Shown here: in pieces, positions 18,479-29,050 of the stretch
How positions within the stretch are numbered: position 1 is the stretch's first letter
How the letters are laid out: the number at the start of each line of letters is the position of its first letter
From: a virus
IMG/VR virus record: IMGVR_UViG_3300012351_000007
Span: 1 to 64,000 of that record
Reading direction: 5' to 3' (one strand)
DNA: 64,000 nucleotides
Made by a program: the position numbers and the translations under genes
The notes under the pieces: generated by a model
Databases searched by the model: none
The model's input: only the letters and a program-made list of their open reading frames with translations
Told to the model about the DNA's origin: nothing

Positions 18479-18928
18479 CTAGCCGGTGTCGGGTTCGTCG
18501 GGCAGGTCCACCCCTGCCTTGCGTAGGTCCGCCCGCAGAGTCCCGTGGTGCTCGGCCATCGTCTGCTTGCTGCGGCCAACCTCCCGGTGCAGGGTCTGCA
18601 CCTGATCCTCCAGGGTCCAGACCCGTGAGCGCAGCCCGCCGGACACCGACTGCTCCTGGGTCAACTGTGCGGCCATGGCCGCCATCGCCCGCTGGGTTCG
18701 CTCCACCTGCCGCTCCAGGTCGGCGACGATCTTCTCGTAGGACTGGCGTGCCCGCTCGTACGCCTCGGCCTCGATGACGTGCCGGGCGGCTGTCGAGTCC
18801 CGTTCGGCCTGCTGCGCCTTCGCGGTCCGGGCGTCCCGTTGGGCGTGCCTTGACCCGCCGTAGGCCACGGCCGCGACGACCACCGACGCGAACGCGGTGA
18901 TCAGCGCCGGAAGCCACGGGCCGGTCAA
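18479..18928 (-). CDS. Lysis-cassette membrane protein (1 TM + coiled coil)
   Basis: TTG start overlapping upstream stop; N-terminal TM then heptad-rich region. Confidence 0.6.
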   Translation of the reverse strand: MTGPWLPALITAFASVVVAAVAYGGSRHAQRDARTAKAQQAERDSTAARHVIEAEAYERARQSYEKIVADLERQVERTQRAMAAMAAQLTQEQSVSGGLRSRVWTLEDQVQTLHREVGRSKQTMAEHHGTLRADLRKAGVDLPDEPDTG

Positions 18929-19347
18929 CGCCGGTTCTCCTGCCACCCGGAGATCAGCAACACGACCCCGGCGAACGCGCCGAAGATCGCGGCGCTTTGC
19001 CAGCCGCGGTTGAACGCGGGCAGGTGTTCCCGCCAGCCGACCAGGTAGCAGCACGCCCACGCCGTCTTGATGACTGCGGCACCGACGAACGCGGCCGTCT
19101 GCACCCGGTCAGCGAGCGCCCCGACGAGGCACAGTAGGCCGGTCAGCACCCACCAGATGGCCCACCAGCGGATCGGCGCCAAATCCATCATCGGCCCGTA
19201 GATGGTGCGCGGCTTCAACCCGAGCGGCAGCGGCTGGGTCAGCCCGTAGCCGAGGACGAGATCAAGCAGGGCGAGGAAGACGAGGAACGCGCCGCGGCGG
19301 CCGACGAACCGCCCGACCCGCCGGGTCAGGAGGGTCGCGCGGCGCAT
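18925..19347 (-). CDS. 4-TM lysis-cassette membrane protein (holin-like)
   Basis: Four TM helices directly after endolysin. Confidence 0.65.
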   Translation of the reverse strand: MRRATLLTRRVGRFVGRRGAFLVFLALLDLVLGYGLTQPLPLGLKPRTIYGPMMDLAPIRWWAIWWVLTGLLCLVGALADRVQTAAFVGAAVIKTAWACCYLVGWREHLPAFNRGWQSAAIFGAFAGVVLLISGWQENRR

Positions 19348-19350
19348 ACC

Positions 19351-20244
19351 TTAAGCCCCGTGCAGCACGTCGCGGACCGCCGCCTCGATCGCGGGTGCGT
19401 CGGCGTCGGACAGGGCGGGATGGGACGCGACGACCGCCGCGGCCAGTTGCGTCATCTGCGTGTCGGACAGTGCCACGGCGGCAACGGTGGGGACGCCGCC
19501 GGCGCTGGACACCACGATCGGGCCGAGCGCGTCGAGGGTGCCAGGGTTGATCTCAACGGAGGTGGCGTTGCCGCCGGTCTGGGCGATGAACCACTTGGCG
19601 TTGGCGGTGTGGGCCGGGTCGGGGCTCGGCCAGCGGAAGATCCCGTTGCCGATCCAGTCGACGTTCGATCCTCGCTCATGCGCCATGATGATCATGCGGT
19701 CGCCTCCTTTGGCTGGTGCCGGTACGGGGCTGGTGATCTGCCGCGCCCGCGTGACGACGGTTGACCGGGCGGCGATGATCGGCGTCCCCGGGCAGTCGAA
19801 GTGACCACCCCAGGCTTGCCCGCCCATCGCGTGGTACCCGAGGCCGCCTTCCGCGTCGGATGTGGCGTACGGGTTGTTGGACACCGCCAGCGGCACGCCT
19901 TCGTCGCGGTGCGCCCGGGCGAGTACCTGCGCGCAGGACTCCACCTGGTCGGCGGTCAGGTGGTCCCCGGCGTGGCCTTCGATCTCGATCGACCACCAGT
20001 GGGAGTTGCCGGCCGCCTCACACCACGCCCGGTCGGCGGTGTCGACCATCTGCCGCAGTCGGCCGCTCCTCGGCGCCAGGAAATGCGACGAGACTTGGCT
20101 GGCCGGGTTGCGCTGCCACGCCTCCGTGCCCGCCTCGGTGCCCTCCTGGATGTGCAGGACGACACCGTGGGCATCACCCATGCCGTGGGCTACCCGGTTG
20201 GCGGTGGGGCCGATCCAGTCGGCAATGTCGCGGTAGATGGCCAC
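19351..20244 (-). CDS. Endolysin, N-acetylmuramoyl-L-alanine amidase (Amidase_2)
   Basis: VVLHIQEG, SSHF, AWCEAAGN, SIEIEG, GYH..GGH.DCPG. Confidence 0.85.
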   Translation of the reverse strand: MAIYRDIADWIGPTANRVAHGMGDAHGVVLHIQEGTEAGTEAWQRNPASQVSSHFLAPRSGRLRQMVDTADRAWCEAAGNSHWWSIEIEGHAGDHLTADQVESCAQVLARAHRDEGVPLAVSNNPYATSDAEGGLGYHAMGGQAWGGHFDCPGTPIIAARSTVVTRARQITSPVPAPAKGGDRMIIMAHERGSNVDWIGNGIFRWPSPDPAHTANAKWFIAQTGGNATSVEINPGTLDALGPIVVSSAGGVPTVAAVALSDTQMTQLAAAVVASHPALSDADAPAIEAAVRDVLHGA

Positions 20245-20253
20245 GCTGCCCCC

Positions 20254-20607
20254 TCACGTCGCCTCGCGCCGTTCCAGTTCGGCGACGCGGGCGCGTAGCT
20301 GTTGGTTCTCAAACACCGTCCGCTTGATGCCTTCCTGCGCCTGGGCCCAAAGCGCCCGTTGCGCATCCAGGTACTCGGACAGCGCCTCGACCTGTTCTTC
20401 GGCCTGGCAACTCGGCGCCGAGTGACCAATCTTTCCCAGCGCCCGGTGCAATGCCCCGGCGGTGACAAGGTAGGTGCCGACCCACCCGGGCTCGTCGGGG
20501 ATGTCGCCGTACGGGGTGGCGTGGGCGTCGATGTCGAGGATGTGCTGCCGCAGCGCGTCCCGCTCGGCGGTGAGCCGCTGGATCGTCTCGTCTGGCGACT
20601 CGTCCAT
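20254..20607 (-). CDS. Hypothetical coiled-coil protein
   Basis: RBS, operon position. Confidence 0.55.
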   Translation of the reverse strand: MDESPDETIQRLTAERDALRQHILDIDAHATPYGDIPDEPGWVGTYLVTAGALHRALGKIGHSAPSCQAEEQVEALSEYLDAQRALWAQAQEGIKRTVFENQQLRARVAELERREAT

Positions 20608-20616
20608 GCTCGCCCC

Positions 20617-21783
20617 TCACGCCGTTTCCAGCACCCGTAGCCGCCGGTCGAGGTCGCGCAGGTAGGCGTTCTGGTCCCGCTTGCCGGCCGGCAACTGCAC
20701 CTTCCCGGTACTCGCAGCCAACGCGAGGGAGACCTTCTCCTGCGGGGCGGGGGTGACCGTCCAGCCGGTGATGCGCCGGATCACATCCAGCCCGGGTTGC
20801 CCGTTGCCGCCCGCCGGATGGTAGGGGGAGGTGGCGCGCAGCCGGACGGGGCAGCCCAACGGGAAGTCCCCGAAGTGCGGGTCCGCATCGCCACGCAGCA
20901 CGATCGACGGCACCACGTAGTCCGTCAGCTTCGCCGCGGCCACGGTCTGGGTGCGGGACGTGAGCCGGCCCAGGTCCGTCTCGTCCTTCGCGGACCACTC
21001 GTCCTCGAAGAGGAGGTATCCAGCCGCCAACTGGCCGGCGGTGTCCACCGACTCGTACAGCAGCGGCGCACCGCCCGAATCCGCCCCGACCCCGGTGAGC
21101 GCGTTTGGGGAGTCGCCGCCGTCCTCCCCGTACTCGTAGGAGATGACGTTGCCCGGGTATTCGCAGACGATCGGGTCGAGGGCGGTGTTCAGGCCCGGGG
21201 TGGCCAGGACCAGGCTCGGGGTGAAGACGGATCCTGCGCGTGCCCAGGTGACGGTGTACTCGAACCCGGGGCTGATCTCGGTCAACCGATTGATGGCGTC
21301 CAACGCCTTCGTTCGGTCCTTGCCCAAATACGTGACGGTCGTGGTGTACCCGGCCGTGTTCGAGGTGACCGCGAGGCGGATGTTCCCGCCGGACACCGCC
21401 TGCAACTGGGTGATGATGGCCCGCACGACGGCGAACACGTCCTGCCCGGTCTGCGTGAGGTCCGACTTGATCCTGCGCCGCGCTAGGTACCCTTCCAGGG
21501 TTTCCGCGCCGACCTCAGCGGTGTCCCCTGTGCCGGTCGGGCGGCGCTTCATCACGAGCCCGCCCCACACGTACTGGTCGTCGCGCTGCACCACCAGCAA
21601 CGTCCGCTTGACCTGCGTCACGCCGGCCCAGTTGATGGCCGGGTCGATCGCCGACAGGGCCAGGGTGCCGGTCAACGTGCCGGTGCCGTTGACCTGCTGA
21701 CTGAACGACGAGACGGCCAGCGGCAACTCGTCCGAGATGACGCCGGTCAGGGCATCTGCGAACCAGTAGCGGTAGACAGCCAT
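20617..21783 (-). CDS. Minor tail protein (baseplate hub-like)
   Basis: LTG.I..ELPL..FSQQVNGTG, VWGG, LGCPVRL..RITGWTVTP pattern; tail-module position. Confidence 0.75.
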   Translation of the reverse strand: MAVYRYWFADALTGVISDELPLAVSSFSQQVNGTGTLTGTLALSAIDPAINWAGVTQVKRTLLVVQRDDQYVWGGLVMKRRPTGTGDTAEVGAETLEGYLARRRIKSDLTQTGQDVFAVVRAIITQLQAVSGGNIRLAVTSNTAGYTTTVTYLGKDRTKALDAINRLTEISPGFEYTVTWARAGSVFTPSLVLATPGLNTALDPIVCEYPGNVISYEYGEDGGDSPNALTGVGADSGGAPLLYESVDTAGQLAAGYLLFEDEWSAKDETDLGRLTSRTQTVAAAKLTDYVVPSIVLRGDADPHFGDFPLGCPVRLRATSPYHPAGGNGQPGLDVIRRITGWTVTPAPQEKVSLALAASTGKVQLPAGKRDQNAYLRDLDRRLRVLETA

Positions 21784-22113
21784 CTATAGGTACGTGACAT
21801 GCGAGTCGGACCACTCGCCCGGCTGGTAGGTCACCAGCTGCGGCTGATTCGACGGCGACGCCGGCCTGCCGTACACGTAGGGCCGCTGAACCGCAACCAC
21901 CCCACCGACGGGAACGGTCACCCTCTCACCGAACGGCGGGTTGAGCTGCTGCCACGAGACGGTCTGCCCGGTCGGATCCCACGTCGGCCGGGTGTTCCAG
22001 CCCGTCGTGTCCATCGACGAGAACACGCCGTCGACATCGGCTTGGGTGGTGGTGGCGTCAACGGCCAACTTCGCCCACCGCGTCGGCTGGTACTGAAACT
22101 CCGCAACAGCCAC
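21784..22113 (-). CDS. Hypothetical tail-region protein
   Basis: GAGGGGG RBS, position. Confidence 0.5.
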   Translation of the reverse strand: MAVAEFQYQPTRWAKLAVDATTTQADVDGVFSSMDTTGWNTRPTWDPTGQTVSWQQLNPPFGERVTVPVGGVVAVQRPYVYGRPASPSNQPQLVTYQPGEWSDSHVTYL

Positions 22114-22134
22114 TGCGAGCCCCCCTCTTCGGTG

Positions 22135-23244
22135 TCAGGCAACTTGGCGGATGGTCAGCGTGGAGCCGCGCAGCGCCCACGAGGTGCCGCCCGCAACCCC
22201 CTGCGCCGCCTGCAGCTTGAACGTCCCGGCGGTGCCGGCGGTTGAGACGACACCGGCGAAACGGGCCTGGGAGAAGTTGGACGGCCCGCTGCCGTAGGCG
22301 CCGAGGCCGACCGTCGCCGCCCCGCCCTGCTGCCAGTTGTTGTAGACCGCCCCGGAGGCGTAGGCGAGCCCGTACTCGCCTACGTCGTTGCGGGAGCCGG
22401 TCGGGGCAACTACCTGGGTGGCGAGACCTGCTGCGCTTGTGGCCAACACGCCCAGGTTGATCTCAAAGAGGTACTGGGAGTTGGCGTCCACGCCCGCGGA
22501 TAGGCCGGTCACGTCCCCTGGAGTGGTGGTGGTGAATCCCACGTCGGCGGCGACGGTCAGGGTGTGCGGGTTGCGCATCCACTTGTTGAGGCTGCCGGTG
22601 CGGAACGTGTACGCCAGGGCGGTGTCGAGTTCCCAGCCGGGTTGGCCGTCCATCATCGACGACGGCCGAGCGGTGCTGACGAAGGGGAGCACCCCGCCGA
22701 GGGAGGCGCAGAAGGTCCGCTTGTCGGTGATGGTTCCCCCACCACCACCGCCGATGTTCGTCACCGTAGCCGGTACCGAAATTTGGGCAATGGTGAAGTA
22801 CGACGCGTCGGTTGGCAGGGCCGGGGTTCCGGAACCGGCGGTGCCGGTGATGACGACCACGTTCCCGTCGCGCTGCCCCGACGTGTCCACGTTGGCGTCG
22901 CGGATCCGCACCACGATCAGGTCGGTGCGGGACAGGGTGGCGTGGGCCGCGGAGATGGTCAGGTTGGTCAGGGTGTCCAGCGCCCACGTGTAGGCGCCCT
23001 GCGTGGAGGAGATCGAACCCTGAGCAACGAAGACGCCCGTGTTGACCTTCACGGTCATGTTGGGGCTACTTTGCGCCTGCACCAACAGGTCAGTGCCGCT
23101 TCCCGACAGCCGCACCCCGGAGTAGACGCCGAGGGACGCGCCGGCCCCCGCGAAGTGCGGCAGGACCGTCGCCAACCGCAACTCCTGCCCGGAGTACGAC
23201 GGCAAGCCGGCCGCGTTATCTATCGCCCAAGGGTCAACGGCCAC
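22135..23244 (-). CDS. Minor tail protein (upper baseplate/receptor-binding-like)
   Basis: PNMTVKVNTG, RTDLIVVRIRD, P.LP....IAQISVPA..ITDKR; beta-rich C-terminus. Confidence 0.7.
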   Translation of the reverse strand: MAVDPWAIDNAAGLPSYSGQELRLATVLPHFAGAGASLGVYSGVRLSGSGTDLLVQAQSSPNMTVKVNTGVFVAQGSISSTQGAYTWALDTLTNLTISAAHATLSRTDLIVVRIRDANVDTSGQRDGNVVVITGTAGSGTPALPTDASYFTIAQISVPATVTNIGGGGGGTITDKRTFCASLGGVLPFVSTARPSSMMDGQPGWELDTALAYTFRTGSLNKWMRNPHTLTVAADVGFTTTTPGDVTGLSAGVDANSQYLFEINLGVLATSAAGLATQVVAPTGSRNDVGEYGLAYASGAVYNNWQQGGAATVGLGAYGSGPSNFSQARFAGVVSTAGTAGTFKLQAAQGVAGGTSWALRGSTLTIRQVA

Positions 23245-23301
23245 GGGCCCTCCTCGGTGCTCGAAACGTCAAGGAGGGCTCAGACGGTCAGGGCTAGGGA
23301 G

Positions 23302-24192
23302 CTACAGCCACGCTGACCGGTAGCGGATCACCGCCGCTCCGGCACCACCGCCGGCCGTGTAGGCGATGTCGTTGCCGCCTGGGGCCAACTCCCACCACGC
23401 CGCCGTTGAGGTCAGGGTGTTGGCTCGCGAAGCGGTGCCGTTGAGTAGCACCGTCCGGCGGTCGAAGTCGATGGCCAGGTAGTCACCCGACGCGATGGTG
23501 ATCGTGAACGAGAGCGTTTTCATGGCCGTCACGTTGGCGATCTGCGGATCGACCAGAGGGCCGTTCAGGTACGCGATCGGCCGGGTGGCGACGGTGCCGG
23601 CGTTAGTCAGCGTCGCCGAGCTCGTCGACAGCCCAGATGTGGACAGGGTGAACGGCGCCGTCAACGGCACCTGCACCCCACCCGTGGCCCCGGTCGGCGG
23701 AAACAGGGTGACCACCGTCTCGGTGTCGGCGTAGCGGCGCGGATCCGGGCACTTGAGCTGGATCTGCCAGTCGAACGCCACCTCGGAAAGTCCGGACACC
23801 TTCGTCGCCGCGTTCAGGCGCACGCCCGCGCGGCGTGTTGGTCGGCCCGGCTCCGTTACCTGCAGGGTGTACAGATGGGCGGGGTCGTAGCAGATCGACG
23901 ACACGATGTCCCGGGCGAGTAGTGCTGTGGTCTGGTCGAGGGCAATCGCGGACCCGGCGATGGTTATCATGCGGGTGCCCAGCCAGGTCGGCCCGTCGAA
24001 CTGGCCGTGGTCCTGCGGTCGGTCCTGCCCGGTGAGTCGCACATCCGGGGAGCCGTTCCAGCCGTCGAGGGTGGACGCCCACCATTCGGTTCCCTGGCCG
24101 TCAACTGCGGGTACCGTCCAGTTGTCCAGGGTGATGTAGTACGGGGTGAGAGTGGCGTAGGAGACGGGCCGGTAAACGATCGGCAGGGTCAT
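23302..24192 (-). CDS. Distal tail protein (Dit)
   Basis: Follows TMP; RPQDHG, QLKCPDPRRY, NAGTVATRP, WWELAPG.N, YRSAWL. Confidence 0.8.
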   Translation of the reverse strand: MTLPIVYRPVSYATLTPYYITLDNWTVPAVDGQGTEWWASTLDGWNGSPDVRLTGQDRPQDHGQFDGPTWLGTRMITIAGSAIALDQTTALLARDIVSSICYDPAHLYTLQVTEPGRPTRRAGVRLNAATKVSGLSEVAFDWQIQLKCPDPRRYADTETVVTLFPPTGATGGVQVPLTAPFTLSTSGLSTSSATLTNAGTVATRPIAYLNGPLVDPQIANVTAMKTLSFTITIASGDYLAIDFDRRTVLLNGTASRANTLTSTAAWWELAPGGNDIAYTAGGGAGAAVIRYRSAWL

Positions 24193-24208
24193 CGCTCACC
24201 CTCCGCCG

Positions 24209-27200
24209 CTAGTGGAACTGCCACGCCATCTCGTGACTGACCGCCGCCGCTATCTCCGCTGGGCTGTGATCGGGCTGCGGGTAGACGGGGATGGTGATGT
24301 TCGGCCCGTCCGACCCGATCCGGCGGACCTGCTCGTCGGTGAGCACGAACTCGTTGCGGCCGGTGTCGTTGCGGGCGATCGTCAACCCGGGCGGCAGGAT
24401 GCCGCCCCCGTCGAAGTGGCCGACGTGGGCGAACGAGGAGACGGAGGTGACACCCCGACCGACAACGAACCCGTCACCGCCCCTGGACTCGAACGGCAGG
24501 CCCGCGAACACGCCCGCGGTGTGGCCCACCGAGCTGCCGCCCGGACCACGCTCGCCCGGGTTGGTCCAGCCAGCGGTGAAGATGCCGCCGAAGCCGCGCA
24601 GCGGGAAGTAGGGTGCCTCGTTCATGGTGGAGAACTGGTGTACGTACGGGGATTGACCATGCGCCAACCGCCATACAGCTGAGGTCGCACCGCTGCAGTC
24701 GTAGCCTCTTGGCCCCGCACTGGCCCAGATGTACGGCTTACCCGCCTGCGCCCGGATCCATGCCTGGATCCCGGCGATGTTGCCCGAGATGGGTCCGGTG
24801 AACGCTGGCCCGTAGAACACGGCCGCCCGCAGTTCGTCGGGGGTCGGCTTCCATAGGTTGGCAATGTTCACCGGGAACGGCCAAACGACAGGGCCGCCGC
24901 GCGCGAACGCGAGACCGCCGGACCCGTCGCCCGGGTAGCGGGTCTGCGGCGGCTTCAACATCCCGGCAAGCACCGCGTTGCGCAAGGCGGTGACCGCCGA
25001 ATGCCCACCGGCCGCCTTCACCTCATCGGCGGTCCAGATGTGTTCGTCCAACGACAGCCGGTACCGCACGCCGGGGATCGGCCCGAGCGCCGGGATCGAA
25101 TCGGAGGTGGTGGTGCCGGACCCGTAGACGGGTCCGCCTGTGGCGTGCCCGCCGACATCGGCCCGCCCGCCTGCGGTCGGGTTCTGCTCCCGCCAGATCC
25201 TCGTGGCGGTGGGCACGTCGACACCTTGCCGTAGCGAGATCTGGGCGATCTCCAGGTTCTTCAACTGGTCCAGGGCACCCTGCACACCGGACACCTGAAC
25301 CTGGGTTGACACGTCGGTGGGTACCCGGCCGTAGGTGTCGATTAGGTGGTTGACCTGACCGGAGTCCAGGCCCAACTGCTTGGCCTGCTCCTTGATCGTC
25401 CTGATCTGGTTGTCGTGTTTGGCGGTGGCCTCTTCCACGGCGGTGCCGTTGCGGACCTGCGCGAAGTACTCGTCGTCGGCGGCCTTGAGTAGGTTCTTCA
25501 CCGCGTCGTAGTTGTCCCGCGCCGACTGAGTGTTCAGGCCGATGTCGTGGGAGCCCTGCTGGACGGACTGGCTTAGCCGGTCCTGGGCGGCCTTGAAATC
25601 CTCAGCGGCTTGGTCGGCGGAACGCATCGCACCGAACAGGGCGTCGTCGGCCTGCTTGAGCGCGTCGGCCTTTTGCGCGGCTGTCGATGTCCGGTCGGCG
25701 AGCACGTTGAGGGCGTTACCGAGGGCCGCCTGCGCGGCGGTCTGCTTGTACGCCGAGTCGGCCGCCTTGTCCTGCTGCCCGGCGAGGATGGCCTCCACCT
25801 GGGCGTTGTCGTTGATCTGGCCGTAGGTGCTTTTCAACGCGTCGCGTAGTTGCCGTTCCCGGTTGAGCTGCTTGAGGCCAGCGTCGGACAGCGAGAAGTT
25901 GGAGAACTGCTCCTCGTCCTTCTTGATTTTCGCGTCGAGGGCGGCGGTCACCTCGTCCTGGGCGCCCTTCTCGCCCTTGAGTGCCCGCACCAGCGCGTCG
26001 CTGGTGATGCCGTAGTCGCCGGCCAGCCGGACTGCCCGGGAGAAGTCCTCATTCCCCTCGACGATTGACTTCACGGTGTCCTTGTTGGCGCCGCCGGCCG
26101 CATTGAGGGCGGTGTGCAGCGCGACCATGGCCCGGGTGAGTTCCTCGGTGCGTGCCCGCTGCGCGGCGAGGGCGGAACTGACGGCGGTGAACGCGATGAA
26201 CGCGCCCGCCACGGCCAACCCGATGACGCCTCCGGTGCCGAGCCCCGACGCGAGTTGACTCAGCGCCCCACCGGCGCCCTGCGCCCCGCCCTTGATGCCT
26301 GCCAGGGCGGTGCCGAACGTGCCGAACGAACCGGAGGTGCCGGCCATCGCCGTACCGGCACCGGCGACCGACGCGTTGTAGATCCGCTGGGCGGCGGCCC
26401 AGATGGGCAGGAGGGTGACCTGGGCCGCTTGGATGGCCTGCCACGCCTTCATGGCCACCACAACACCGGAGATTGTCCCGACGAGGACGGTCAGCACCGG
26501 GATCGGCAGGACGTTGATGACATCGGCGAGCAGCCGGATCGTGGTGATGACGACCCCGCCGACCGGCTGCGCGGCCTCGGCGATTCGCCCGACGGCCACC
26601 ACCAGTTGGCCGAGGACGGCTATCACGATGGGGGTTTCGGTGCGGATGTAGCCGAGCAGGTTCTGGAAGCCGGTGTTGTGTTCCAGGCTGGTGCCCCAGT
26701 AGGCGAACCGTTCCGATAGGTACAGCAGGCCCTGGCCGAAGTTCTGCCCGATGGGTAGGACCGCCCGGACCAGCCCGGAAACCCCGACAGCGGCGTTGGC
26801 GGCGGCAGGCGCGAATATGATCAGCGCCGTGTTGGCCTCCCCCGCCATGAAGTGGAAGAACGACTGCCAGTAGGGGGCGGCGAGTGCCCTTCCCGCCTCG
26901 GCGGCAAGGTTGCCCATGGTGCGGGAAAGGGTGCCGACATCGCCGATGATCTGGGGCATGACCGGCAGCAGCGCCGAAATGCCGGTCTGCAACCCGGGCA
27001 GGAACCCGGCCTGCGCGGCGGCGGTCAGGTCCAGCCACACCGGCTTCAGCGAGTACAGGAAGGTGGCGAACGCCTGACCCTCCGGGGACAGAGCGGCCAT
27101 CTTCTGCCGCAGCGTGTCCATCGCCGACGACCCGGCGGTGCCGGCGGCGACGGTGGCCTGCTGCAGCGACCGTTGCGCCGACACCACACCCTGCGACGCC

Positions 27201-28561
27201 TGCGCGATGGCGAAAGCGTTCTGCCGAGCCGTGTTGCCTTCGGCGATGCGGGCATCCGACAGCGCCTGGGTGGCCTTACGCACCTGATCCTGCGACTGGG
27301 TGACCCGATCCTGGGCGGCCACCACCTGCTGGGAGCCGTTGACGCCCTGGCGCTGCGCGGTGGCCAGATCCTGCTGGGCCCGCTGCTGCCGGATACCCAG
27401 GTCGGTGATCTGCTGCTTGGCCTGGTCGTACTGGAGTTGCGCTTCCTGCCGGGCCAGCTGCGACGACGCCGGGTTCGCCCGGACCGCCTGCAGGTTCAGT
27501 TCGGCCTTCGTCAGGTCGATCTGCGCCTGCCGCTGCGACAGGGTCCCGTCGGCGACCTGGGTGGCGAGGTCTTCCATCGCCCGGCGGGCCGACTCCCGGG
27601 CCCGGGTCAGGTCCTGCTCGGCGAGCAACGCGGCATGTTCGGCCTGGGTCAGGGACTGCTGCGCGGTGGTGACCGCCTCCGCAGCGCGACGCTGCGAGTC
27701 GGCGGCGTTGGCGCGGGTGTTGGCCAGGGACCGTTCAGCGGATGCGACCGCATCCTGCGCGGAGGCGACCTGCACCTGCCGGGACGCCAGTTGCACGGCG
27801 TCCTTGGCGGCGGCCTGGTCGGCGGTACCCATCGCCTTGACCGCATCGCCGATGCCGTGGGTGGCGAGCAGCACCACACCGAGGCCGGCGACGGCGCCCA
27901 ACGCCCCGGCACCGATCCCGGCCACGGCGGCGGCGCAGGCGGCGGCGACGGGGATGATGCCCGGCCCGAGGGCCAGCCCGGCGGCGAGGAGCGCACCCAT
28001 GCCGCCCGACGAGCGGTCCGCCGCGCCCTTCACCGACTCGACTTCGGCGGCAGCCGAAGCGGCGTTGGTGTCGATGTGGACGTTCGGGTTCAGTCGCCCG
28101 ATCTCGTGGACCTTCTCGATGAACAGGTCCAGTTCGGCGGTGGCTCGGGCGGTGTCGGCGGTTATCTGCGCCGAGGATGTGCCGGTGGACAGGCGGTCCA
28201 GTTCGGTCCGCAGTCCGGCGAGTTTGCGGTCCGCCTCGGACGTGTCGGCGCCGATCTTCGCGTTGGGTAGCGACTTGAGGGCGGCCTCGACGCGGCGGCG
28301 GAACGTGTCGGCGAAGGATCCGCCGGCCTGCTCCCCCGCCCTAGCGGCTTTGCCGGTGGCGTCGCGGGCGCCCTTGGCCACCCCGTCGCCGACTCCGGAT
28401 GCGATCCGGTCGGCCATCGCCTTGGCGATGATGGCACCGAGGTCGCTGCCGACCTTCGCGGCCTGCCCGGAGGTCTGCGCCTGGAATTTCGCGAAGAAGC
28501 CCTCACTTGAGGGCAATACATCGACGTATACCGATCCGGTGGAGGCGCCTTCGCTGGGCAT
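24209..28561 (-). CDS. Tape measure protein with C-terminal NlpC/P60-like domain
   Basis: 1450 aa, Ala-rich and helical; GSVYVDVLP N-terminus; GKPYIWAS.GP.GYDCSG..GHT. Confidence 0.92.
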   Translation of the reverse strand: MPSEGASTGSVYVDVLPSSEGFFAKFQAQTSGQAAKVGSDLGAIIAKAMADRIASGVGDGVAKGARDATGKAARAGEQAGGSFADTFRRRVEAALKSLPNAKIGADTSEADRKLAGLRTELDRLSTGTSSAQITADTARATAELDLFIEKVHEIGRLNPNVHIDTNAASAAAEVESVKGAADRSSGGMGALLAAGLALGPGIIPVAAACAAAVAGIGAGALGAVAGLGVVLLATHGIGDAVKAMGTADQAAAKDAVQLASRQVQVASAQDAVASAERSLANTRANAADSQRRAAEAVTTAQQSLTQAEHAALLAEQDLTRARESARRAMEDLATQVADGTLSQRQAQIDLTKAELNLQAVRANPASSQLARQEAQLQYDQAKQQITDLGIRQQRAQQDLATAQRQGVNGSQQVVAAQDRVTQSQDQVRKATQALSDARIAEGNTARQNAFAIAQASQGVVSAQRSLQQATVAAGTAGSSAMDTLRQKMAALSPEGQAFATFLYSLKPVWLDLTAAAQAGFLPGLQTGISALLPVMPQIIGDVGTLSRTMGNLAAEAGRALAAPYWQSFFHFMAGEANTALIIFAPAAANAAVGVSGLVRAVLPIGQNFGQGLLYLSERFAYWGTSLEHNTGFQNLLGYIRTETPIVIAVLGQLVVAVGRIAEAAQPVGGVVITTIRLLADVINVLPIPVLTVLVGTISGVVVAMKAWQAIQAAQVTLLPIWAAAQRIYNASVAGAGTAMAGTSGSFGTFGTALAGIKGGAQGAGGALSQLASGLGTGGVIGLAVAGAFIAFTAVSSALAAQRARTEELTRAMVALHTALNAAGGANKDTVKSIVEGNEDFSRAVRLAGDYGITSDALVRALKGEKGAQDEVTAALDAKIKKDEEQFSNFSLSDAGLKQLNRERQLRDALKSTYGQINDNAQVEAILAGQQDKAADSAYKQTAAQAALGNALNVLADRTSTAAQKADALKQADDALFGAMRSADQAAEDFKAAQDRLSQSVQQGSHDIGLNTQSARDNYDAVKNLLKAADDEYFAQVRNGTAVEEATAKHDNQIRTIKEQAKQLGLDSGQVNHLIDTYGRVPTDVSTQVQVSGVQGALDQLKNLEIAQISLRQGVDVPTATRIWREQNPTAGGRADVGGHATGGPVYGSGTTTSDSIPALGPIPGVRYRLSLDEHIWTADEVKAAGGHSAVTALRNAVLAGMLKPPQTRYPGDGSGGLAFARGGPVVWPFPVNIANLWKPTPDELRAAVFYGPAFTGPISGNIAGIQAWIRAQAGKPYIWASAGPRGYDCSGATSAVWRLAHGQSPYVHQFSTMNEAPYFPLRGFGGIFTAGWTNPGERGPGGSSVGHTAGVFAGLPFESRGGDGFVVGRGVTSVSSFAHVGHFDGGGILPPGLTIARNDTGRNEFVLTDEQVRRIGSDGPNITIPVYPQPDHSPAEIAAAVSHEMAWQFH

Positions 28562-28564
28562 GAC

Positions 28565-29050
28565 TCACCCCGCCTCGGTGCCGTCCCCCAACGAGTAGCC
28601 GTGCAGTTCGGCGTGCTCGCGGCGGATTCGCGCCAGATAGGCGTGACCCTCCGGGGACAGCGCCCGCCGTCGCCGAGCCGGCAGGCCCGGCCGCGGCCAC
28701 GGCGCCGGTGGGTCCTTCAGTCGCATCCCCGACGCGACCACACCCAGCAGGTCGATGACCCGGGCAAGCAGCAGATCCGAATGCGACCAGCGGCCGTGCC
28801 CCTCCTGTGGCAGCCGGGCAATCTTCGCCAACTGCTCGTCGGGGATCTCGTCACGCTGCGCCGTCTTCGTCGCCGACTCACCCGGCAGGGCGTAGTCGAT
28901 GAGCACCTTCAACCGCCGATACGTCAGCCGCGCCGCGCCGCCGCCGGGGCGCCACAGGTCCCGCAGGTCGATGCCGCAGTAGCGTTGCAAGTCCGCTTCG
29001 ACTTCGGCCACGTGGCTGGCGAGGACCGCCGTGACCGCGGCTATTCCCCC
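28565..29050 (-). CDS. Tail assembly chaperone, -1 frameshift extension (gpGT-like)
   Basis: VEADLQRYCGIDLRDLW; entered by -1 slip at GGGGGAA (29050-29044). Confidence 0.75.
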   Translation of the reverse strand, partial: GGIAAVTAVLASHVAEVEADLQRYCGIDLRDLWRPGGGAARLTYRRLKVLIDYALPGESATKTAQRDEIPDEQLAKIARLPQEGHGRWSHSDLLLARVIDLLGVVASGMRLKDPPAPWPRPGLPARRRRALSPEGHAYLARIRREHAELHGYSLGDGTEAG

